NCBI RefSeq assembly: GCF_009914755.1
Contig: NC_060930.1
DNA from: the human T2T-CHM13v2.0 reference genome, Homo sapiens
DNA length: 64,000 nt
Strand: one strand, 5' to 3'
The notes under the pieces are model-generated. The model worked only from the letters and a program-made list of their open reading frames with translations. It did not search any database and was not told the DNA's origin. Numbering within the stretch: the first letter of the stretch is position 1; every line of letters starts with the position of its first letter. Made by a program: the position numbers and the translations under genes. Shown in pieces: positions 54,125 through 64,000 of the stretch.

Positions 54125-57100
54125 TGTAGGTGGGGTCAGCAACCAACTAAATTTTGTATAACAGTCAGTTGAAGAAGTATAGAATGCAATGCACTTCCCA
54201 GCATGTGTGGAACTAATGTAGCATGGGGAGCAGAAATGGGGGTAAAAAATCTCATTTCTGTTTTCATGAAGACAATGGCATTCCCTTTATGATGGTAAAG
54301 ATCTAGTGAAGGTAAAGAAGTCAAGTTTAAAGGTCAGTTTTGCTTTGTGTGGAAATAATTTCATTGGGCAATTCTAATCAAGAGAAGAAAAATACAACAA
54401 TCTAGGTTTCTGAGTTTGTTTTCACTCCTAGCTCTCTTTCTATCTGTGGTATCTTACAAGATTCCAGTGAAAATTATTAAGAAAAATGCCTATCCACTGG
54501 TTATAAGCTGGAATTTAATGTATTAAGGCTGTTTTCTACACTTTTGGTATACAATAAGACTTTTAGAGATACCTAAGTTTTTTAAGGTACTGTTCAATCT
54601 ACGAATACAATAATTACATCACTCTGTCTAATCAACTGAACAGAACCAAAAACCAATCTTCATTTTTTTTTTGCAGGAAGATGTGAAAATTAATATGGCA
54701 TGTAGGTGCTGTTGGTTCCAATTAAAATCAATATCTGTCCTGATTTGTGTCTCTTGTCTCTATGACAGCGAGGGGGCTGGCTAAGGGGATACATCTGCTC
54801 CTCTCTCCCAAAGGGGCTCAAAACAAGTGAATGACCTGCAGTGTTTATTATTAAGTTTTCAAAGGGAAAGTTGTTTTGGTCTAATTGAAGCAATAATACG
54901 AGAGAGGTTATTTCTGGTCAGTTCCCTGCTGTTTTCACTCTGGAGAATATATTCCAGGTGTTCATGTGCCCCACTGTAGTGCAGTGCTGCCGTCTCTTGA
55001 GTGTAGGCATGCTAGTGCCAGTGGAGCAATAAACTAGCCTTAGCAGTTTAAGCCAGTCTTGGCCTTTGAGAGACACTTTTTTAGTTAACTTCATAGTAAA
55101 TCAGATGGTTAATGATCACATTCATTTTCAAAAGACCCTGTTCCCATGGAATAAAGCAATGAGATTTTATAAATCTCAAATACATTAAACAAAATTATTT
55201 TATTTCCCTTTACTCCAAGTCTTTGCCACACTATACAGCGTAGCTATGTCATGTCAATGTTTTCCTTGTAAGTCATTTTTCTTTCTAGATTAATTAATGG
55301 CTCATCTAAAGTAAATGAGGAGAAAAAAATTAAAGTATTAGCCATCATTGATTCATAACTGCCTGTTGTATTTCTGTGTTTGAAATATATATTCTAGCTC
55401 TATGATTTTCAAATATTCCTGAGATGTCATAAACAATATCAAGGATGATTGGTGAAGGATATAGACACTGAAATTGAATTTTGAATGTAAATGGAAATAC
55501 CCAGTACATAATGTTCGGTTATAATTTGCCTGAGGTATATGTGACTGATCATTTCTAATAAACGATAAAAGTTGTCACGAACAACAGTTTGGGAATTTCA
55601 GAGGTAACATTCTATTTATTAGCCAACTCATATATGTCATAACTTTTTATATTACTTTGAGATTTTTTTCCTCAAAATTACAAAACTGAAAACAACTTAT
55701 TACTAAGTGGAAGTTAATCTAAATTCTGTGAACTGTATGCAGTATTTACCCAAAATAGCTTAATTTCAGTTAAATTTCCAGGTAATTCTTATTGGTAATT
55801 ATAAGAACAAAGACTATTCTAAAGTTAAAATTCATCTTCTTTCTAGTTCCAAAAGGAATTTTTGATCTTGATTTTGCTTATTTTCATCTCTGAACCCAAC
55901 ATGAACCCACAGACCAAAACAGTCACATTAAGAATATGGGCTGGATTTCAGGCTAATCAGGGGAAATGCCTGGGGAGGGTGGTGGTGGTGATGTCTGCTG
56001 CTCACTCGCTTAATCACTCAGACTTTTTGAGTCCAGGATACTTCCAGAGTCTGAGTGGTAGCGATTTCTCAGTTCACATTCCCAGATGTACGAATCAAAG
56101 GGTCTAGCACTGAATGTCCTCAGAGGAGGGGCGGCCCTGGGATGAAAATAGCTCTGCCTCTCCAGAAAGGGAATAATGAGTGGCACACAGTGTCAAGGGC
56201 ATCATATTTATAAAGCACTTTGGCTTCTTTGGATAATATTCAAAATGTTTTGCAGAATGATTAGTTAAGTATTTTCACAAACTCCAAGGAGAGGGCAGAA
56301 ACCCAGCTCCGGTGGCTGTGTATCAGGCAAAGGAAGCTGACACGTGCATTCCTCTCATTATTCTTTCCCTGCCCTCCAAATACCACACACATAGCAACGG
56401 TCAATTACAGGGGAGCAGGTGAGGTGTGCAAATTAACACAGGAGAAAAGTGGTGAAAGTCGTGGGGGTGGGTTGGGAATGAAGAAGAAGAGGGAAGGTAG
56501 GGGCTGCCTGGTCGGGAAGGCAAGCCACACAATGCCACTTAATAAACATGACAGTTAATAAAAGAAGATTTAAATTCTTGAACAGAAACAAGCAAAAAAA
56601 AAGAAACCCTGCATGCTTCCATTCTGAGTACTTCCAAAAGGGTTATGATGTTATGGTCTCATTTGATGTGATTTGTCCCAAACCAAAAAGGAGGTTCCAT
56701 TTTAATCTGTAACTACAAAAGAAATAAATAACCTTTGTAACTGAAATGATTTAAGACAACAAAAAATAGAATAATGTTATTGTATTTCAGAGGCCATTGT
56801 TGTTAGAGTGTGCTTAGATTATTTTGCTTATTGAAGGCTGTAGTCGCAGTGCAGAACTTAACATTTAGTAGTCATAGAACTCTCAGAGATGATGGTGAGA
56901 TAAGAAGGCAAGTGTCTGTTACTCCCCCTGTCCTTTGTAAAATCTCAAAGCAGATGATGCCAGAAACCATAGCAATCACTGCCAATCTTAATAGCCACTA
57001 ATGTCTAAGGCTTTACTATATAATGTAGAATTCGTTGTACTTTCAAAGTTAGCATCTTCACTGATCGTTTTAACAAGTTAAATAGTCAAATCCTAAAATT

Positions 57101-58804
57101 AGCTCCTGAGTTCATATTGTTCTGGGGTGCAAGATGGACTTAAATCAATAAAGTTGTTTCTAAGATGAAAACTTGGAGGTGCATTTGAAAGGTCCTTTGT
57201 TTTGCTTAAGAACCACATTTCCAACAATTGGAGAAGGATAAATCCTGTAGTGCCAGCTGTGCTGAATATAAATTAATTTCTTTTATTTTTAAAGTGTTCT
57301 TCAGGATCATACAATAATTCCGAGTAGTAATGAGCTTCAATTATCACTTTGTTGGAGACATATCAAAGAGATTTATAGTTGACAGAATGTGAGATAAAAG
57401 ATCATTTACACTATTGTTCTTCAAAACACAAAGGTGACTTTGAAGTATTTGTTTTCTTACAAATCTGCTGTAAGACATGGCAAATTACCTCATATTTTTG
57501 TTTTGCTCAAATAAGGAAACTGAGTCATAAATGGATTAATTCACTGTTAAACAAAATGCTTTGATCTCTTATGTTTAAAACAGCCTTTTAATTATAAAGT
57601 TTTAAAAAAGCTGCTATCACTGACAAAGTAATTTGTTGAGTAAAAACAAGTGGCCTGAAAAAAAAAAGTGATAGAGCTTAACAGGGCTTTGCTGTACACA
57701 AATGGACTAGCTTAGGAATTATGATAAGCTGGGTTTATGACTTTACCATCTTACTCTTCACAGTAACTACTGTTCTTAGGTTGGTAGGGGATGAGTGACT
57801 GGCATAGCCTTGATTGTGGTAGATAATCTCCAGGTTGTTGTAGATCATCTGAAGCAGAGTTTGCGGGGATCAGTTCAGTTTACCATCGCAGAAACTGTCC
57901 TGGAGTACATATAGATGACATCAATATCATTTTTGTGGCAGGTGTTACAGATACTAGTACCTCATGTTTGCATGTTTACTTCATTGTTTTTGAGGTTTTG
58001 TAGCATATCCTCTTAGAATTTGAAGACTCTGAAGATCAAGTTGCCAGACACCTTGATTTTACAAATAAGAGCTGAAACCCATAAGGTCAATTGTTTTCTC
58101 TAAGGTCACATGTAAGTACATGGAGACCAAAGGCTAAAGTCCAGGGATACTGATTATATTATTCCATGACCCCAGGCTGTCTTAATAGATGTATTTTATT
58201 TAATCTTTATGATATCCATGTGATATAGGAATTGCTAGCTACACTTGTTTTATAAACAGGAGACATGGATCCAAGGAGTTGCATGACATTCTAACTAAAG
58301 TCTTAAAACTTATTAAGGACAAAATGTGGTTTGGTACCCAGGCCTTGTTCAAAATTTTAAAAGTCATGCAAAAGGGATTTCTACTGAGAACTCTCTTACA
58401 CTATTTCAATTTATCTGTGTATTATCTATTAAGGTCAGTTGGAACGAGCACTATTTCATTCTCTTGAAGACCTGTTAAAAAACTAATGTGGTTTGTTTTA
58501 AATTATAATTTCCAGTGGACTGAAAGATTTCATTGTTGCTAATTTTGCACAACAGTTATTAATGGATGAACTAAGTTGTTTTGCTTATGACTTATGTTGA
58601 GATCCTAGACCTGAAGCTATCATTCTAAAATGAAACCATTAAGAAAAGTTCCGCTTTTGTTTTTAAACTGTTCTTTTGCCACATTATTCCTTTTGTTTCC
58701 CAAATATTCTAAAATGTTTACATTTCCTGGCCATGTGAGCATCCTTGCCACTCTCAATAAAGACTTTGAGACAATCTGACAGTCTGTTTATCTCACTGGT
58801 TGTC

Positions 58805-59985
58805 CTTCATTTATTCATCCCATGATAGTTACTGAGCACCTTGTTTATGGCAGGCCCTGTTCCAAGAGCTGGGTAAAGAGTACTGAAAAAAATAGAAAAA
58901 GTGTCTGTCCTCCAGTTGGCTTATGGTTGGGAGAGACACTGAACAAGTAAATTTATAATGTATTTGTTAAATTATTTTTTTTAAAATAATATGTGTTTGT
59001 TCATTGAAGAAATCAATTTATAACTTGTCAGGTGTGTCAACTGTAAAGGGTGAAAATGAAGCTGAGGAGGGGGATGGGGGTGCTGAAGAGGGAGATTGCT
59101 ATTGTACACACAGTGTTCAGGGTAGGCTTCTACTGAGAACCTGAAGGAGACATCTGAGGGAACAGCACCTTGAAGAAAACGAGGTAGGATTATGTTTAGC
59201 ATGTTCAAGGTAGAGCAAAACATGGGGGAAGTGGAGTTTGAGGTCACAGGGAGCCAGAACATACAGGGAGGGCGGCATAAGCCATTTTAAGGACATTGGG
59301 TGAGTGACAGGAGGAGTCATTGAAGGTGTTAGTACAGAGGAGTACATTTATAAGCTTATATTTCAAAACGTCTGCGTTGACTTCTTTATGAAAATAAAGA
59401 AGTGGGTACAAGGATAGAGGAAACAAGGAGACCAGCTAGGAGGTGACTGAGAAAAAAAATCATGCCATAAATGATGACGGCTTAGGGCAGGAGAGGTCAT
59501 AAAACTGCTCATATTTTGACAATAATGATGAGAGGATCTATACCAAGATTTGATGTGGATTGTCAGAGAAAAAAAAAAAAGCAATGAAAGGTACTTACAA
59601 GATATGTGGCCTGAAAAGCTAGAACAGCATTGTCCTTTTCTAGAAAAAAATAAACCTGATAGAGGGACTTTGGCGGGGGGCATATTAAGAAATTTGTTTT
59701 CTGACATCTTATGTTTGAGACGCCTACACATAACTGGAGATCTTGAGAGCTGGATTATAGAATTAAGATTGGGGAATTGGTGTTTCATGAATGGAAATAA
59801 TTATTTGGAACCCTTCTAGCTCAGGAGAGTGGTAAGGGTGAGTATAAACATAGAAATTAGAGGAATAAGCTTGTGTTAAAGTAGGGAGATGAGGAAAAGT
59901 TACCTAGAGCACTGAGAAGGAATAGCAATGAGAGAAAGGTGTGCTCTCTTGGAAGCCAGATGAGGCAAGAATTTTAGAAAACAAA
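58805..59985 (-). mobile_element. L2 3' region
   Basis: ttcatttattcatccc...ttactgagcacc...gagaccagctaggagg...tgtttgagacgcctaca...ggaagcca is typical reverse L2. Confidence 0.75.
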
Positions 59986-60289
59986 TAATTATTTGGATTT
60001 GCCTTCTCATTTGCTTTTTAATTAAATGTGATGTTAAGGAATTGGCTCAAAGCAAACATCAAGATTATGCATTTTAACTATTTAAGTATTGCACACTTGT
60101 AAAAATCGCTTGTTAGAAAAGATTAACAGGAAATTTATAATTCTCTGTTCACAGAATTACCATTTGTATTTATTCTTTTTCAAATAATGATTGAGTGTGA
60201 GAAGATTTGGTCTAATGCAATTTTGCATTCTCATTAAAAAAGCAATATGGACTAACTCAATATTTCTGAAGACTGACTTTCCTAGAAAC

Positions 60290-60530
60290 ACAGTGTGGTG
60301 TAGTATAAAGAATACAGGCTTTGGAGAAAGACCTTGTTCACAGCTTTGTGTGTGAACCCAGGTTCCACAGATGTATGAAGTGGTGAGAACTTGGTCAAGT
60401 GCTTCACTTGCTTTCTCCTGCAGGGCTCACTCCCTTCCTCCTTAAAATGGAGATGTTAACACCTATCTCCCAGGATTACTATGAAAATTAAATGAAAAAA
60501 ATTAGGCAAAGTGCCTAACACATTGTAAAT
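60290..60530 (+). mobile_element. MIR
   Basis: gtgtggtgtagtataaagaatacaggctttggag...aaaatggagatgttaacacctatctcccaggattactatgaaaattaaatga. Confidence 0.75.
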
Positions 60531-61909
60531 ATTTCATAATGACCCCTAAGTCATTAAAAATAATGACTTGTTTTGAAAGAATTGCACGGTATAGGAGCAT
60601 CTTCCTGATAGAAATTCAGATTATCTTGATTGCGAACTGTTTAGTGATATATATAGCTGCTTCTAGCTGATGGATTTACTAAAAATTTTAAAGCAATTGT
60701 TTACTCTTTCTACCAGTTTCAACTCTGGGGTAAATAAATGAGCAGAATACCTCTTTTTACCCTCCTTTCACTTAGTTATTCAGGCAAAGTCTACCAACAC
60801 GAGAAAAGTATTTTTTTTCTTTCCGAGACTTTGTTCAACCCAGGTGGAAAATATGATTAAGTAAGACCTCCCTGAAACAGCTGTTGCCTTTAAGTTGAGA
60901 GAAGTTCTCTGGAAAAAATATATTTTTAAAACATAAATACAATAATTTTGTGACCATTTTAAGCACTCTGTGTGTACTTTCTCTAAATCACTCTTCTGTG
61001 CAGCCCCCTGTGGCTAAGAAACCTGAGTGGATGCTTATCTATCTCATCTCAATCTCTCAAAGCAATTGCAAAATAAATTCAGATGATGGATCTATAATCT
61101 ATTATGAAATGAAAGAAAATTCATCTTCAGAAGAAACCCAAATGAAGAGATGATTCTAATTAGATGCTATTTGCTTTTAATTGTGCTTTTTAAAAAAAAA
61201 TCCCTGTGGTATATAACTTCCATTGTCACCAAGACACTCTATCAATTGATGTTGCTGCCCTCTCCAGGCCCCGCTGCACAGTCCACTGGGGACCAGACCT
61301 GGATCCCCTCAGAGCTTAATAATGTGGAACCTCTGTTGCCTAGAGACATAGCTTTGGTTAAATTTAAAATTCTCTTTTCTATATCCTAAGACCTTGGTCT
61401 TACTGCTTCCAGTGTGCTTTTAACCAAAAAGGTCAAAGATAATGAAGCCTAAAAAATCTAAAGTAGACTTCAAGCATGGAAGGGAAGAATGTTCTCCTTC
61501 TACTCTAGGTTAGACTATAAATAAATGAGAAAAAAATGAAACTTTCATGAAAAAAGAGGCAAAGAATTGCTTCAATTGTCAATCTTCGACAGCTTAATTT
61601 GAAGTCTACACAATTTACTTGCTATGTGTTAAAAAATTAGAATGGATTGCTACATTTGGAGTGGGGGACTTTTTATTTGACTAAATGCAACATTATTTTA
61701 AAATGTTTTAAAAGTTATAATCAGCGTGTAATAATTAAAATATGTATTGAGCATTAATTCATAAGAAATATTTCATTAGGGAACAAGGAGGTAATTAATT
61801 GGAGAAGAAATTCTTTCTCCTGTTTTACAATCAACAAGTCTGTGCCTTTCCTTAACCATGAAATAAAATTAGAAATACATTTTGCATTCGTGCTAAACAG
61901 ATAACTTTT

Positions 61910-62420
61910 TAATTCAAAAATGTCCACTGAGTCCCTGCCATGTACAAAACTCTGTACTAAGCACAGGGATCATAACAACGAATAAAACATAATCTTCTCA
62001 TCAAAGGAGCCCAGTTTCTAGTTGGCTTGGACAAAGTCTCAAATGAACTATGAAAAGAATAATCACAAATTAACTGCAAGACTAAATTAGGTGAACAAAT
62101 CAAGGTGCACAGAAGAAAAAGCAGGAATTATTGATGGGTGATCATAGACGGCTGTTGCTGAGTTGCATAAAATACCCTTAAACAGCCAGAAAATGAATTA
62201 CTTCTGGTTAACGGAACAGCTGAAGCAAAGCTGTAGAGTTGTGAAATTTCTTAATCTGTTCGCAGAACAAAGACTACACTTGGGTGGCCAGAGCAGAGGG
62301 TCATTGGAAGGATAAAATAAGGTTGGAATAGCAATCTAGAGATATCTGAATGCCATCTGAAAAGTCTGAACTTAATTCTATAAGAACATGGGAAATTATT
62401 TTGGGTAGGAGTGTGTCTAG
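61910..62420 (-). mobile_element. L2 3' fragment
   Basis: attcaaaaatgtccactgagtccctgccatgtacaaaactctgtactaagcacaggg...tcaaaggagccca. Confidence 0.6.
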
Positions 62421-63844
62421 TTATCATTAAGAAGAGATTGTTAGGACTATATATAAACTCATCATCAGAAAAAAAAAACTGTAATTTGCCATGTTAGCTC
62501 TAAATGATGAAGTGTAGATAATTTTTTTAGATATGGATTCCGTCTGCCCTGAATTCTTCCTTCCTCTTAAGATTTCAAACTGAATTAAATATTCTTTCCT
62601 GACATTTAAAGTTACTTCTGTTCCCAACAGGGATAGGAATACCATTGGCATAATGTTCTGTAAAATGTTTAGATACACTTGGCATCTTGTCTTGTCTGCA
62701 ATACATTTATTCTACAGCCTCTGTCTTTCCCAGTTTGGCTCACTGATCTATTTTACCTATAGTATATCCTATCCTTCATTCTTGGTACATTCTGCAATAA
62801 AACAAGTCTCCCAACTCAGGTTTCTTTTATTCTGCTAAAGTTTGGTATTCAGAGATCTTGGTGTTGATCTTGGCTCTTTGTCTGCCAACCATACCCTGGA
62901 TCCAGTGCCCCCTAATGGCACCAACCCAACATGTATTTTGCCAACTCTTCTTCCTGTCACTCCTCACTGCCAGCCTTGAAATTAGAGTTCTATTCCTGAA
63001 CCCATACCAGTGACCAAGGCCTTGCTTCCTATGAACTAAGGGATCTTGGCGGCTTGTCATTTTACCTCATTTGTAATTCCTGCCCAAGTCCTATTGCTAA
63101 TTCTTATCTGACTACATTCCTAGCTAATCTATGGATTAGCTAGGAGAGTTCTCTGGCCCTGTCTACTTATTGGATAACATCTTTTGTCAAATCTTAGGAT
63201 TTTATTCCTTCTCGCATTTTCCTATTGTTGTTAGGAACCATTGTATCTCAAATATGAGTTCCCTATGTAACAGTCAGTACAATTGTAGAGTCTGCTAAAA
63301 TATAGAAAACTGGAAACTCACAGAAGATCGACAGAATATGAACTTTTGCCCCACATGAATTAACATGATGATCAAAGGCTGTTTAGTCTGCATGAAGGCT
63401 TGAAGGAATCAAAAGTTTAGTGCTTTCCCTTAACTTAAGCAAGTAAACGTCTGTACTGCTATGTTCTATGACAGGCTCTAGATGGAGGTGACTGATTTCT
63501 CCTCATGTCCTGTCATCACCTTGCTTCCCAGCTAGAGTTAAAATTGTATTTAATCACAGGAATATGTCAGGAATGCAAACAGGAAGGAAAGGAAACAGGT
63601 CAATTGATTGTTTATTGGTCCGCTGGCTAATCCCATAGCAAAAAGAAAGTCTCACTTACTTTTTAGAGATCTAAATTGTTCAGCCAAAAATAGGACAGTC
63701 AAGAGACAGTATACTCAAGAAAAAAAAAATTGAAGAAAATTTTTTAAAGAAACTTTGTATCTTAATTGTATTTTCTCTATGTTATTACTAGTTACTGATT
63801 TTAGAATCTTACATTTCACAGCATGTGCTGGACTAATCAAGTCT

Positions 63845-63979
63845 TGTGGTTCCCAAACCTGGAGGATTATGGGTTCCCTCCTAGACCTCTGGAATGAAGA
63901 TCTCCCAGTGGTGGTGCCCTGGAATCTGTGATTTTAATAAGTTCCTCAGGTGATATGAATGATATACTAGGAAGCACTG
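63845..63979. mobile_element. MER5-like MITE fragment
   Basis: gtggttcccaaacct...ccctggaatctgtgattttaataagttcctcaggtgat...ggaagcactg. Confidence 0.65.
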
Positions 63980-64000
63980 ATGCACAGTTCAGAAATATTA

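Noticed and set aside
60537-60569. 9-bp hairpin aagtcatta-aaaa-taatgactt
   Set aside because: Several such AT-rich hairpins are expected by chance in 64 kb.

Overview
This is AT-rich, gene-poor primate genomic DNA, very likely hominoid or human. It contains Alu, THE1 and an L1PA4-like element. I find no supportable cellular protein-coding exon, tRNA, rRNA or CRISPR array; all long ORFs in the track map to L1, MaLR or Alu repeats or to a simple repeat. The main content is a full-length but ORF1/ORF2-disrupted L1PA4-like element (~8931-15070, +) that keeps its YY1 site, the 129-bp ZNF93-target segment and an open antisense ORF0. There is also a 5'-truncated older L1PA (~32690-36005, +), old L1M fragments, two complete MaLR proviruses (THE1C-like 28144-30491 and THE1D-like 38336-40390, both -), a THE1B-like solo LTR, MLT1 LTRs, three Alus, and MER91A, MER5, MIR and L2 fragments. 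Features not explained by routine annotation: an internal inversion plus deletion in the THE1D provirus bounded by a 13-bp inverted repeat; a 167-bp LTR8B-like mini-LTR with intact ends and a 4-bp TSD; a cryptic 8-bp-period degenerate repeat rich in GTCT/AGAC; a 28-bp inverted repeat; an exact 52-bp tandem duplication; a non-repeat CpG-rich patch; a MER135-like ancient element; and perfect DUX4 motifs in two convergent LTRs. I could not support a genuinely new biological system. Subfamily names come from remembered consensus sequences and need RepeatMasker/Dfam confirmation; boundaries of old repeats are approximate.
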